From Leucoraja erinacea (Eukaryota), in the NCBI RefSeq assembly GCF_028641065.1, contig NW_026576459.1, positions 1 to 64,000 of the forward strand: a DNA stretch of 64,000 nucleotides. The letters are read 5' to 3'. Under the pieces are notes generated by a model that worked only from the letters and a program-made list of their open reading frames with translations, did no database searches and was not told where the DNA came from. Positions 10,896 to 25,000 of this stretch are shown here, in pieces. Position 1 is the stretch's first letter, and the number at the start of each line of letters is the position of its first letter. Position numbers and translations under genes: made by a program.

Positions 10896-12422
10896 TTGGA
10901 GGGATATTGACCAAAGGCGGGCAGGTGAGACTAGTGTAGCTGGGACATGTTGGCAAGTGTGGGCAAGTTGGGATGAATGACCTGTTTCCACACAGTATCA
11001 CTCTACGACTCTATGACTCTAATTATATGCTGGCCATTTCCAATTGAACAGTCGCACCAACCATTTCCCTACCTCTCCCAATCTGCTCTCTCCATGAAGG
11101 ATCTATTTGCATTATTATACTGTCTGTTTCCATGGCATTCAGCAGCCTCTACTCCACAGCTCCATGTGGCGTGTGTTACTGCAGAGTGTGGACACATCAG
11201 GCCTGTACTTGCCATTCACACACTAGCTGGCATTTCCCGTTTCCGATTTCCACCATCCACAGGATTCTTTCCTCTCATTATCACCACAGTTCCAGCACTT
11301 AAAGCTGGGAAGAGACCGCATGCCTCCCAATTCACCATTTATCTCCTAAATATTTAAACCTCACATCACACTGATGATCAGTTCTTATCTGGGTTACCCA
11401 GTTCTCAATATCCTGCGTGAATCTTCAGTTAACAGATTCAAATTGACTTCAAGGAAAGAGAATCCAACTGTCCATGCAAACCTGTCTGCCATGTGTACTC
11501 AGTCATGTGTAGAGAGTCTGTATCTTGGTGGGGGAATGTTGGCCGGGACCCTGGGAGAACTCCTTGCTCATTAAATAATGTTCTGAGCTGTTCCATTCCA
11601 CCACAAATGTTGGATTCAGAGTATATTGAACCAGACCCCACCTGCAACGGTCACTGAAGTGTCAGCTCATATTGTGAGCTCTGCTACTGAAGTGACTCTC
11701 AAGTGGAGGAGAAGTCAGGCTTTCATTGGGTTTACAAAGTCATGAATGATTTGAAGTGAATCCAGAAACATTTCTTGTTCAGTGTTTGTGGCTGCATTCG
11801 AATCACAATTGTGTTTAAATATGAATCTGTGTTTAAACAATTTCCACTCTGAAATGGCATTAATTTACAAGACATGGGCATTACTGGCAATGCCAGCATT
11901 TAATGCCCATCTCCATTTGCCTCTGAACCAAGTTGACGGGGGGGGATTATGGATCAAAGTGTACAACATTGCTGCGTGTCTGGGGAATACACGCACTCAC
12001 AGACTGGGGAAGGGCAGCAGATTTGTTCTTTAAAGGACATTTTTCAACCTGCTTGATTCCTTGGTGTGTGGGAGAGTGAAGGCAGTGTATTCTGTGTACC
12101 CCTGACCTGTTTAATTGGTGGGAAAGGAAAGTACACAAGAATATATGGCTATTGAACTGCAGAGGCGAGTTTATACCGAAGGCAGACACAAAATGCTGGA
12201 ACAACTCACTGGGTCAGGCAGAGGAATAGTTGACGTTTCAGGTTGAAAATATATGACAGCAGCTTTCATTATGTATTGATTCTTTCATATGAGCAATATG
12301 TCCAGACCAATGATATTTGGAAGAGTTCCAAACTATAACAAAATAATCACATTTACTTTCTTGAAATCGCCAGAACGAAAGATTCTACAAATATTCTGAA
12401 GTTTAACCATTGTATTTTCTAG

Positions 12423-12770
12423 AGGAGTTCTATGTGATTGTGCCGGACTATCCGGTGGTGGCCATGGTGGGTGAAGATGCCCTATTGGAATGTCAGAAGG
12501 TACCGGATACATCACTGGACGCTCTGGAGGTCCGATGGTTTACATCGAGCCCGGGATCACCGGTACATTTATACACCAGCGGCCAGGACGGAGCTGAGGT
12601 GCAGGACGAGGCTTATCGAGGGAGGACGGAACTCTTTCGGGAAGAGTTTCCCCATGGAAATGCCTCGCTTAAACTGAAGAGGGTCAAAGTATCAGATGCT
12701 GGAATGTACACGTGTTCCATCAGCACCCCCACGTCCCGTCAGCAGGAGGCGCTGCGGCTGCAGGTTGAAG
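12423..12770 (+). CDS. Butyrophilin-like gene, IgV exon
   Basis: 348 nt, phase 1-1; [34 protein letters not shown]. Confidence 0.95.
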
Positions 12771-13039
12771 GTGAGTCCCTCTGGTTTACATCAAGGTTTA
12801 CACCAGGAATATCAGTAAGCAGCCCCTCACACTGGCATTTTACTGGGAAGTTCAAGGGTTATTGACAATGTAGATCGCTGCCTCGGCACAGGCTGTGAGT
12901 GACAGTGCCCGGAACGGAATGGCAACGGTGAGGTTGTGTGTAGGAAGGAACTGCAGATGCAGGTTTACACCGAATGTAGACACAAAATGCTGGAGTAACT
13001 CAGCGGGACAGGCAGCTTGTGTAGAGAGAAGGAATGGGT

Positions 13040-13067
13040 GACGTTTCGGCTCGAGACCCTTCTTCAG
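13040..13067 (-). ncRNA. Hammerhead motif (stem II mismatch) in Penelope-type repeat 12935-13200
   Basis: CTGAAGAAGGGTCTCGAGCCGAAACGTC. Confidence 0.45.
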
Positions 13068-13383
13068 TCTGGGAATCATGGGAGAGGGAGTGTAGAGATA
13101 TGGAAGGGTAAGGTGTGAAAAAGAGAAATCAAAGGGGACGCGGTTCAAGGAGAATGTAGAACGGATGATTGTTAGCTGAAGGGGAAGGTGACAACGAGGT
13201 GATGGGCAGTAACGTGGGGGTACCCGGTGACCCATCCGTTGGTGTTCCCACCGTTGCTGTTTCTGTAGCTCTTCAGGCCCCGGCATCATCTGCTGCTCAC
13301 TGACCCAGCACACGGACGGAAAGCCCTTTCGTGGCGAGATACATGTGTAACAATCATGTTTACCGATTACATCCTGATTGTAG

Positions 13384-13668
13384 GATTTGGTCTCCGGCCC
13401 TGGATCCGCTTGGAGGAAAGCACCACACAAGGAGTACGTGTGGTGTGTAAGTCGGATGGATGGTTTCCCAAGCCGGAGATACGGTGGCTGGATGGGAGTG
13501 GACAAGATGTAACAGAACGGTCTGACACATTGTTTACTGAGGACCCCAGCGGGATGTTCACTGTCCACAGTCACATTGATGTCACAAGTGATTCTGTGAA
13601 CAGGTATTCCTGTTACATACGGAGTAAAATACTGGGGAAAACACAAGAGGCCCATCTCCAGATATCAG
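13384..13668 (+). CDS. Butyrophilin-like gene, IgC exon
   Basis: 285 nt, phase 1-1; VCKSDGWFPKPEIRW...YSCYI. Confidence 0.95.
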
Positions 13669-13914
13669 GTATGTGGGAACCTGGGAAACATTCAACAAAA
13701 GCGAGTTCTGAACGAACTTTCACTGCGCTAAAGGCATTAACGTTTGCGTGGACCCACCAGCACTGCACTGGTCTGGTCTCATTCCCATGGAGCAGCTTTT
13801 CTTGTTTGAGCCCAGATGGTCTCTCACTGCAGAACTATCTGAGACCACAAATAGACACAAAGTGCTGGAATTATTCAGCGGGTCAGGGAGAATCTCTGGT
13901 GAAAAAGGATGGGT

Positions 13915-13942
13915 GACGTTTCGGGTTGGAACCCTTCTTCAG
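13915..13942 (-). ncRNA. Minimal hammerhead motif with intact core
   Basis: CTGAAGA-A-GGGT(TCCA)ACCC-GAAAC-GTC. Confidence 0.6.
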
Positions 13943-14484
13943 AGATGCCGCTGAGATACTCCAGCATTTTGTGAATAAACCAGCATCTGCAGTTCCTTCC
14001 TACACATTTTATCTGTGGCCACACCTGTCCACTGTCTCCTCTCCACCCCCCTCCATCACATCTGTTTCCAGATCTTTGGCCACTTCTCCACTTTGCGCTG
14101 CCACTGATATCTAACTGTCCATACACCAAACACATTAACATGACCAGACACATTGACCACTTTGCAAAGTGTATGCCTTCTTTCACAAGGCACGACATCA
14201 ATATAAACACTCATAGCCGATGATTTAATTCACCCGTGTAATCTCCATTAGATCGGCATTGAGTTTACTGTGTATAAACGAGATTTAAATGTTTAGAATA
14301 ACAGCCCCGTGTCTGCGGTGCTGTAGTAGCAGGCATGAAAAATCTGAATCTGACTTTCTTCCCTCTAGAGATGCTGCCTGACCCATTGAGTTACTCCAGC
14401 ATTTTGTGTTTGTCTTTGGTTTAAACCAGCATGTGCAGTTCCTTCCTGTTGCTGTTACTAATCTATTTTCATTCACCTGTGTAG

Positions 14485-14604
14485 ATGAGTTCTTTCCTAA
14501 AACCAACCCTTGGCCGCTGGTTTTCTGGTTGTTTGTGGCCCTCGTGGTTACAGCTGCTGCTTTCAATATAATGTTGCACAGAAAAGAAGATAAAATGATT
14601 AAAG
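14485..14604 (+). CDS. Butyrophilin-like gene, transmembrane exon
   Basis: 120 nt, phase 1-1; DEFFPKTNPWPLVFWLFVALVVTAAAFNIMLHRK. Confidence 0.93.
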
Positions 14605-14719
14605 GTGAGAGCCAAGATATGGTGCCGTGTTATTGCATTCAGAAGGTTTATAAAACGTTTATATTTTGTACACAATTTAGCATTCACATAAACGTTAGAT
14701 TTGATCACAGCTCCATAGT

Positions 14720-17700
14720 TTGACACATCCCGCATGGTAGGCTGCTCTGGAATGTTAGATCGCATGGGATCCAAGGAGCGATAGCAGAATGGATAACAAA
14801 TTGGCTACATGGAAGGAAGCAGAGGGTGATGGTGGAAGGTTGCTTCTTAAACTGGAGGCCTGTGACTAGTGGTGTGCCTCAGGGTTCGGTGCTGGGCCCG
14901 TTACTGTTTGTCATCTACATCAATGAGATGAGAACATACAGGACAAGATTTACAAGTTTGCTGATGATACACAGTGATTTTGAAGATGGTTGTGAAAAAT
15001 TGCAGGATGTGGATCGATTGGCCAGGTACCCTGGGATGCAGACCATCAGGCCCCTCCCTCCCCCCCCACCTTCCGAGTTCTCCAACCAGTGATGACTGTC
15101 CCCCTGATTAAACCTTATCTCCGTATGGTTCATTGTCACATTCTCCTGGTTAACAATTATCTGATGTACTAGTGGCCAGAGGATCTGGGGTGACGGAGGA
15201 ACTGAAGGAAATCCACATTAGGCAGGAAATGGTGTTGGATAGACTGATGGGATTGAAGGCTGATAAATCCCCAGGGCCTGATGGTCTGCATCCCAGGTTA
15301 CTTAAGGAAGTGGCTCTAGAAATCGTGGATGCATTGGTGACAATTTTCCTATGTTCTATAGGCTCACGATCTGTTCCTGTGGATTAGAGGGTAGCTAATG
15401 TTATCCCACTTTTTAAGAAAGGCGGGAGAGAGAAAACAGGGAATTATAGACGTTAGCCTGACATCGGTGGTGGGGAAGAAGCTGGAGTGAATTATAAAAG
15501 ATGAAATAGCCGCACATTTGGATAGCAGTAACACGATCGGTCCGAGTCAGCATGGATTAACAAAGCTGAAATCATGTTTGATTAACCTTCTGGAAATTTT
15601 TTGAGGATGTAACTAGGAAAATGGACAAGGGAGAGCCAGTGGATGTAGTGTACCTGGACTTTCAGAAAGCATTTGATAATGTCCCATATAGGGGATTAGT
15701 GGGCAAAATTAGGGCACATGGTATTGGGGGTAGAGTGCTGACATGGATAGAAAATTGGTAGACAGGAAACAAAGAGTAGGGATTAACGGGTCCCTTTCAG
15801 AATGGCAGGCAGTGACTAGTGGGGTACCGCAAGGCTCGGTGCTGGGACCAGCAGTGACTAGTGGGGTACCGCAAGGCTCGGTGCTGGGGCCAGCAGTGAC
15901 TAGTGGGGTACCGCAAGGCTCGGTGCTGGGACCAGCAGTGACTAGTGGGGTACCGCAAGGCTCGGTGCTGGGACCAGCAGTGACTAGTGGGGTACCGCAA
16001 GGCTCGGTGCTGGGACCAGCAGTGACTAGGGGGGTACCGCAAGGCTGGGACCAGCAGTGACTAGTGGTACCGACCAGCAGTGACTAGTGGGGTACCGCAA
16101 GGCTCGGTGCTGGGACCAGCAGTGACTAGTGGGGTACCGCAAGGCTCGGTGCGACCAGCAGTGACTAGTGGGGTACCGCAAGGCTCGGTGCTGGGGCCAG
16201 CAGTGACTAGTGGGGTACCGCAAGGCTCAGTGCTGGGACCGCAGCTATTTACAATATACATCAATGATTTGGATGAAGGGATTCAAAGTAATATTAGCAA
16301 ATTTGCAGATGACACAAAGCTGGGTGGCAGTGTAAACTGTGAGGAGGATGCTATGAGAATGCAGGGTGACGGACAGGTTGGGGGAGGGGGCAGATGCATG
16401 GCAGATGCAGTTTAATGTGGATAAATGTGAGGTTATCCACTTTGGTAGCAAAAACAGGAAGGCAGATTATTATCTGAATGGTGTCAAGTTGGGAAAAGGG
16501 GAAGTACAACAGGGTCTGGGGGTCCTTGTTCATCAGTCCCTGAAAGTAAGCATGCAGGTACAGCAGGCAGTGAAGAAAGCCAATGACATGTTGGCCTATA
16601 TAACAAGAGGAGTCGAGTATAGGAGCAAAGAGGTCTTTCTGCAGTTGTACAAGGCCCTAGTGAGACCACACTTGGCGTATTGTGTGCAGTTTTGGTCCCT
16701 TAATTTGAGGAAGGACAATCTTGCCATTGAGGTAGTGCAGCGTAGGTTCACCAGGTTAATTCCCAGGATGGCGGGACTGTCATATGCTGAGAGAATGGAA
16801 CAGCTGGGCTTGTACACTCTGGAGTTTAGAAGGATGAGAGGGTATCTCATTGAAACATAATAGATTGTTAAGGATTTGAACACGCTAGAGGCAGGAAACA
16901 TGTTCCCGATGTTGGGGGAGTGCAGAACCAAGGGCTACAGTTTAAGAATAAGGTGTCGGCCATTTAGAATGGAGCCGATGAAACACTTTTTCTCACAGAG
17001 AGTGGTGAGTCTGTGGAATTCTCTGCCTCAGAGGGCAGTGGAGGCCAGTTCTCTGGATACTTTCAAGAGAGAGTTATTTAGGCGTCTTCAAGATAGCGGA
17101 GTCGGGGGATATGGGGAGAATGCAGGAACGGGGTAATGATTGGGGATGATCAGCTATGATCATATTGAATGGCGGTGCAGGCTCGAAGGGCCGAATGGCC
17201 TACTCCTGCACCTATTGTCATTGTCTATTGTCTATTCTACATTTTCCTTGAACTGCATCTCATTTTATCTCTCGTTTTCACACCTCACCCTTCCTTATCT
17301 CTCATTTCCTTCTCCCCTGACTCGCAGTTGGAAGAAGGGTCTCCAATGTTCGCTCAAATCTGGATCAGTTCCGGTGGACTGGAGGGGAGCCACTTTTTAA
17401 GAAAGGAGGGAGAGAGAAAATGGGGAATTATAGCCCAGTTAGCCTTACATCGGTAGTGGGGAAGATGCTGGAGTCGATTGTTAAAGATGTTATAGCAACC
17501 CTTTTGGAAAGCAGTGACTGGATCAGTCAAAGTCAGCATGGATTTATGAAGGGGAAATCATGCTTGACTAATCTTCTGGTATTTTTTGAGGATGTAACAA
17601 GTAGAATGGATAAGGGAGAGCCAGTAGATGTGGTGTATCTGGACTTTCACAAAGCTTTTGACAAGATCCAACACAAGAGATTAGTGCAAAATTAGAGCAC

Positions 17701-18985
17701 ATGGTATTGGGGGTAGGGTATTGACATGGATAGAGAACTGGTTGGCAGACAGGAAGTATAGAGTAGGAATTAATGGGTTCTTTTCAGAATGGCAGGCACT
17801 GGCTAATGGGGTGCCGCAAGGCTCGGTGCTGGGACCCCAGTTATTTACAATGTATATAAATGATTTAGACGAGGGAATTAAATGTGACATCTCCAAGTTT
17901 ACAGACGACACAAAGCTGGGTGGCAGTGCGAGCTGCGATGAGGATGATATAAGGGTGCAGGGTGACTTGGATAGGTTGAGTGAGTGGGCAGAGGCATGGC
18001 AGATGCAGTACAATGTGGATAAATGTGAGGTTATTCACTTTGGTGGCAATAAGAGGAAGGCAGATTATTGTCAGTATCATGTCAGATTATAAAAAAGGGG
18101 AGGTGCAACGAGACCTGGATGTGTTTGTACATCAGTCACTGAAAGTAAGCATGCAGGCACAACAGGCAGTGAAGAAAATTAATTGCATGTTGCCCTTCAT
18201 TGCAAGAGGATTTGAGTTTAGGAACAAGGAGATCCTACTGTTGTTGTACAGGGCCCTGGTGAGACCACACCTGGAGTATTGTGTGCAGTTTTGGTCTCCA
18301 AATTTGAGGAAGGACATTATTCCTATTGTGAGAGTGCAGCGTAGGTTCACCAGATTAATTCCCGGGATGGCGGGACTGATGTATGATGACAGAATGGGTT
18401 GACTGTTCAAGTTCAAGTGAGTTTATTGTCATGTGTCCCTGATAGGACAATGAAAGTCTTGCTTTGCTTCAGCACAACAGAACATAGTAGGCATTTACTA
18501 CAAAACAGATCAATGTGTCCATATACCATAATATAAATATATACACACATGAATAAATGATGGGCTTGTATTCACTGGAATTTAGTAGGATGGGAGGTGA
18601 TCTTATCGAAACATATAACATTCTTAAAAGATTGGACAGGCTAGATGCAGGAATTTTTTTCTCGATGTTGGGGGTGTCCAGAACCAGGCGTCACAGTTTA
18701 AGAATAAGGGGTGGGACATTTAGAACGGAAATGAGGAAAATAATTTACCCGGAGAGTTGTGAATCTGTGTAATTCTCTCCCACAGAAGGCAGTGGAGGCC
18801 AATTCATTGGATATTTTCAAGATAGTCGGATTTAGCTATTAGGGCTAAAGGAGTTAAGGGATATGTGGAAAAAGCTGGAACTGTGTACAGATGTTAGATG
18901 ATCAGCCATGATCATATTGAATGGCAGTGCTGGCTCAAAGGGCCGAATATCCTCTTCCTGCACCTAATTTGTTATGTTTCTATGA
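14720..18985 (+). mobile_element. Cluster of three CR1 fragments (14720-15025, 15170-17235, 17340-18985)
   Basis: Repeated RT motifs and CR1 3' tails. Confidence 0.92.
15809..16240 (+). repeat. 42-bp minisatellite made from a CR1 RT motif
   Basis: About 10 units encoding [14 protein letters not shown]. Confidence 0.95.
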
Positions 18986-19715
18986 CCCGAAACGTCACCC
19001 ATTCCTTCTCTCCAGAGATGCTGCCTGTCCCGCATTTACTCCAGCATTCTGTGTCTATCTTGAATCATGGAGGTGTCTTTGAAGTACAATGGCCGGTCAT
19101 GAAGTCAGAAGAGACAAGCTCTCTCCGAGCAACGACCAGGTCTTGTTGTTTGAGAAAAGGCTGATCAAGTATAAACATTAGCGTGAGAGTCCAAATGGCA
19201 CTGTTGTGTATTCCACATCGGTGTGACAAAACCCACAGGTTTACGACTGGGCCAACTGAAGGCTCCTCTGGTGGTTTCCTCAGCTCTGCACCACAGGGAC
19301 AGCTGGAGTTACGACTCGAGTTGTTGAACCTCAAAATTGAGACTGAGGCGAGAGGAGAAAACCTCAATGAGCCACAGCAGATGGTGCAGAAAGGAAGTAG
19401 GGAAATCCCTTTCACACAACCCATGTGAAGGCTGTGGGATTCACTGCCTAAAGGGTGGAGGAAGCAAGCCTCGGCACATGGGGAAGGTTATTGGAGGAAG
19501 TCTCGGTGTGCAGAGTCCTTGTGGACAGTTGCAGGTAGAGTTTATCTTCATCACCGTCTCCTCTGGCTCTGGTGAATGTGGGGTCCTTGTGCCCCACCTC
19601 CCAGCTCAGTATCTCAATCCAGAGGGCACCGTGTGAATTGTACCCTGTTTATGTACAACGTGGAACCTGCTGCCGGCCTCACTCACTGTCATGTTCCTGC
19701 TTCTTGTTTTTTCAG

Positions 19716-19742
19716 AACTGCAGCTGTTTCTCTCTATGGAAG
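19716..19742 (+). CDS. Butyrophilin-like gene, 27-nt cytoplasmic exon (ELQLFLSME)
   Basis: TTTTTTCAG|27 nt|GTAAGA, phase 1-1. Confidence 0.8.
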
Positions 19743-19946
19743 GTAAGATATTTCTGAGACAGCAGAGGAACGGGCCATTCGGCCCAAACTGTCTGATTAT
19801 GAGAAGCAATGATAGGATAGGTCAACACCTTATTTCCTACGTAGGTATCACAAGTAAGAGGTGATGAGGGCGATGTTTGCAGAGATCTGAGCAGTGATGT
19901 TTTAACACAGAGAATGGTTTTGTAATCTGAATCATGTTAGGTTGGT

Positions 19947-20569
19947 TGGCGGCGCGACTCACCCGTTGCAGCGGCCCCTACAGCCTGTCTGTCTTTTTTT
20001 TATTTTTTGTCTAGTTAAATGTAGTGTTTGGTGTTTTTTTAGTAATCTGTAAATCACTGTTATCAGAGAACGTGGTGCTGTCCAGCAGAGTGAGCCTGAA
20101 CGACCCGGGGGCTCGGGAGACTGCGGACGGATCTGCGGACTCACAGCGGTGGTGAACACTCCTGGGGCTCGGAGGCCCCAGCAACGCAAACAGGTCCGGT
20201 GGACTGTGACATCGGGAGCTCGCGTCTGGGAGGAGAGACGGAGCTCCCGCAACGCGACTTCTCCAGCCGGTGTCACGGGGTTGGAACAACCCGGACCGGG
20301 GACAGTACATCACCCGGCACGGCTTCATGGCCGTGGGACTCACCATCGCCCGTGGGGGTTCCAACCTTGTACTTTCAGACCGGGAAAAGCGCGGATGGCC
20401 GTGGGACTCTCAGCTGGGGCTTGGACACACGGGAACAGGGGAGAGAAAAGCATCTCACTGTGAGATGTTTGTGTGAATTTAATTATGTGTTTCTGTAAAC
20501 ACAGGCTGTGGAAACAACATTTCGTTTGAGTCTCACTGGGGCTCAAATGATAATAAATTTGTATTGTAT
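19947..20569 (+). mobile_element. GC-rich non-autonomous retroposon (same family as 50241 and 63620)
   Basis: GGCGGCGCGACTC head, stem-loop plus AATAAA/(TTGTA)n tail, 20-bp duplication at 20058 and 20570. Confidence 0.65.
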
Positions 20570-22090
20570 TGTTATCAGAGAACGTGGTGAATCTAGGCAG
20601 AGTGACCACACACAGAACAAAACATACAACATGGAACAGTACAGGAACAGATCCGTCAGACCACGGATAGACACAAAAAGCTGGAGTTACTCAGCGGGAC
20701 AGGCAGCATCTCTGGAGAGAATGAACCCATTCCTTTTCTCCAGAGATGCAGCCTGTCCACTGAGTAACTTCAGCTTTTTGTGTCTATCCTAGAATCTCCC
20801 ACTAGTGGAAACATCCTCTCCTCATCCACTCTATCCAGGCCTTTCACTATTCTGTACGTTTCAATGAGGTCCCCCCCTCATTCTTCTAAACTCCAGCGAG
20901 TACAGGCCCAGTGCCGACAAACGCTCATCATAGGTTAACCCACTCATTCCTGGGATCATTCTTGTAATTCTCCTCTGGACCCTCTCCAGATCCAGCACAT
21001 CCTCCCTCAGATATGGTGCCCAGAATTGCTCCAAATGCAGCCTGTCCAGTGCCTTATAGATCCTCAACATCACATCCCTAATGTTGTATTCTAGCCCTCT
21101 TGAGATAAATGTTAGCATTGCGTTTGCTTTCTTCACTATCGATTTGACTTGCAGAGTAACTTTGAGGGAATCCTGCACCAGCTCCCAACTTGCTTTGCAC
21201 CTCCCATTTCTGGATTCTCTCCCCATTTAGAAAATAGTCTGCGTCTTTATTCCTGCTACCAAAATGCATGACTCCACACTTTGCTGCACCACATTGCATC
21301 TGCCACTTATCTGCCCACTCTCCCAACCTGTCCAGGTTCTTCTGCAGAGTATCTACTTTCTCTACACTACCTGCCCCTCCACCTATTACCGTATCATCCA
21401 CAAACTTGGCCACAAAGCCTTCAAACCCCTCATCCAAATCAGTAATACACAACGTGAAGAGTATCGGCCCCAGCACCGACCCCTGTGGAACTCTGCTAGT
21501 CACTGGCAGCCAACCAGAAATATCCCCTTTATTGCCACTCTTTGCCTTCTGCCATCCAGCCAACCTGCTATCCATGTTGGTATCTGCCCTTTGATACCAT
21601 TCATCTTCCTGAGCAGCTTCACGTGTGGCATCTTATCAAAGGCTTTCTGAAAATCTAGATAAATAACATCCACAAACTCTCCTTTGTCTGTCCTGCTGTT
21701 TACTTCTACAAAGTATTCCTGCAGATTTTTTTTGTCTTTTTTTTTTTTTGTTTATTTTATTAGAAGTTAATACAGCACAAAACAGTACAGTGGCACCTAA
21801 TTTTAGGTGCCAACTATGTAATACCGTAATCCATTCTATGTACAACCTCTAGTTTTATGTTATAAGAAAAAAGTAAGCAGAACAAGAAAAAGAAAGCAAT
21901 AGAAAGGGGAAAAAGTGGAAAAATAGATGGTAGAGAGTAGAAAAACGTGAAGTGTGTATATAAAAAATAAAAAAAGGAAGAGAGAAAGAGGAAAGTAGAA
22001 ATAGAAGAGAAGGCCCCTTAAAAGAGAATTTTTCAAATCTGTATTCGGAGATGTAGCTCTATCCGCGTCATGAACTGAAATCGGCAATCC

Positions 22091-25000
22091 TTACGGCACC
22101 GCTGCATCACATGATTCCAAAAAGTCGATGAAAGGAGACCAACTCTTTAAGAATTGGTCATATTTATCTATTAGTCGGAGTCTCATTTCTTCAAGGCGTG
22201 CTATGTCCATCATATTCCTAATCCACATTTTAACAGTTGGTGTGGTTGTATTTTTCCAAAATTTAAGTATCAATTTCTTTCCAATTATTAACCCATAATT
22301 TAAAAAAACATTTTGATCTTTATTTAAATTGGTGTCTTCTCCTATTATTCCAAATATAATCCATTCCGTTTTGGGTTCTATTCTTGACTTGAAAATCTTT
22401 GTAAATATATCAAATATATCACTCCAAAATTTATTCAACTTTGTACATCCAACAAATGAGTGTGTTATATTAGCGTTTTGAAACAAACATTTATCGCATC
22501 TGGGAGAGACGTTTGGATAAAATTTATTCAACCTCGTTTTTGAATAATATAGTCTATGTAATAATTTGAATTGAATTAAATTATGTCTTGCATTGATAGA
22601 ACAGTTATGTGTATTCATCAAATATTTTTCCCATCTATCCTTCGAGATCTTTGTCATTAGCTCTTGTTCCCAATCTTCCCTTAATGCTTCTGTTGAGGGT
22701 GATTCTCTATTTAATATATTATTATAAAAGTATGATATTAATTTTTGTGAATCAGCCTTGATATTCATTGCTTCTTCTAAAGGATCTAAAAATATAGTTT
22801 GAAATCTATGTGTATGTTTCTTCATAAAGTCACATACCTGTATATATTTAAAATATTGATTATCCTTCAATTTAAATTTTAATTTTAATTGTTGAAATGA
22901 TAACAGTTTGCCCACTTCATACATGTCCCCTACTTTCCTAATCCCCAGTCTATCCCATTGTTGATATGTGTTGTTGATGAGAGAAGGTTTGAATGCGGGG
23001 TTGTTCAATAGTGGGGTTAGTACTGATAAATTATTTAATTTCAAGGATGCTTTTATTTGTTTCCAAATTCTTATTATATTGTGAATAATTGGGTTCTTCT
23101 TATATATTATACTATTCAATTTTATCGGTGAGAGCAGGATCGTTCCTATATCGTGCGGATAGCACTCCTCTTTCTCCATTCTTATCCACTCCAACTGCTG
23201 AGTGGAACTATCTAGCCAGTATATTATGTTCTTAATATGCACTGCCCAGTAGTAATATATAAAGTTAGGTAATGATAAACCCCCCACTTCTTTAGATTTG
23301 CACAAATGCTTTCGTTGAATTCTATGTGTTCTGTAGTCCCATATAAAAATTAGTGATAGTGGAATCTATTTTTTGAAAAAATATTTTGGAATATATATTG
23401 GGATTGCTTGAAACAAATATATTAATTGTGGTAAGAAAGTCATTTTTATAGCGTTAATTCTACCTATCAATGAGAGTGGAAGCGTTTTCCAAAATTTAAT
23501 CGTATCATTCAGTTTATTTAATAGTGGTATAAAATTGGCACTAAATAATGATTTGTGTCTTCTCGTAATTTGAATACCCAGGTACTTGAATTTTTCTGTT
23601 GCAATTTTGAAGGGGAATTTTAGTAAATGTCTCGAATCCTGTGGTTTTAAAGACATAATTTCGCTTTTATTCCAATTTATTCTGTATCCTGAAAAAGAGC
23701 CGAATTCCTCAATTAGTGTTAATAAGGTGGGTATACTCGTTTGTGTATTAGTAATATATAAAAGGATATCATCAGCGTATAATGAAATTTTATTCTTTGA
23801 GTCCTTGCTGTTATATCCGTGAATATTCGGGTGATTTCTAATCCTTTCGGCCAGCGGTTCTATCATAAGGGCAAATAGCAATGGTGATAAGGCACACCCT
23901 TGCCTATTACCCCTTGATAAGTAAAATTTTGGAGATAGCGTATTGTTAGTTAATATTCTTGCCGTAGGTCTATCATAAAGTAGTTTAATCCATCTGATAA
24001 AATTCTCTCCCATATTAAATTTTTGGAGTACCTTGTATAAATACTGCCATTCTACTTGATCAAATGCCTTCTCTGCATCCAACGTGACCACTGAGATATC
24101 TTCATTGTCCTTCTTATGAGAGTACATTATATTAAAAAGCCTTCTCAAATTATTAAATGATTGTCTTTTGGGTATAAATCCCGTTTGATCCGTATTTATT
24201 AAATTGTTAATATAATTATTTAGCCTTCTAGCTAGAATCTTTGCTAAAATTTTCTGATCCGTATTTAGAAGTGATATAGCTCTATAAGAACCAGGCTCAT
24301 CTAAATCTTTATCTTTTTTTGGTATAAGCGTTATTGTTGCTTCTGCTAGGGTTTCTGGTAGTTTATATTCAGTATAAGCCTGCGTGTATAAATTAAATAA
24401 TCTTGGTACAATAGACTCCTGAAATCTTTTATAAAATTCATTACTAAAGCCATCTGGTCCTGGGGTCTTCCCATTTTTCAATGAGTTTATTATTTGTTTT
24501 ATTTCTTCACTAGTAATCCGTGCTCCTAATTGCTCTTGTTCTAAACTATCCAATTTTGGGAGCTTGCAATTATCTAAAAAATTTGTAATTTTACTTACAT
24601 CTGTCTTTATTTTGGATGTGTATAAATTATGATAAAATTGGGCAAACCTCTTATTAATATCCTTAGGCAATGTTAGCAACTCACCATTGTCCGATTTAAT
24701 TTTTGTAATAGTTTTTTCCTTTTCTCGTTGCTTCAGTTGCCTCGCAAGCAGTTTATGTGGCTTATCCCCAAATTCGAAGTGTGCTTGTTTTGTAATTTGG
24801 AATAATCTTATTACTCTAGCCGATAATATTCTATTGACTTTATATTTCAGTAAAGTTATCTTATTATGTTTATTTATGGTTGGGTCAGTTGCATTGTCCC
24901 GTTCTAGTAATTTTATCTTCTGTTCTATCCGCTGAAGTTCTCTTTTATTTTCCTTATTTTGAAAACTTTGGTAAGAGATTATGACACCGCGAATATATGC

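Noticed and set aside
23366-23368. Programmed readthrough or frameshift in L1 ORF2
   Set aside because: Better explained by two compensating homopolymer indels
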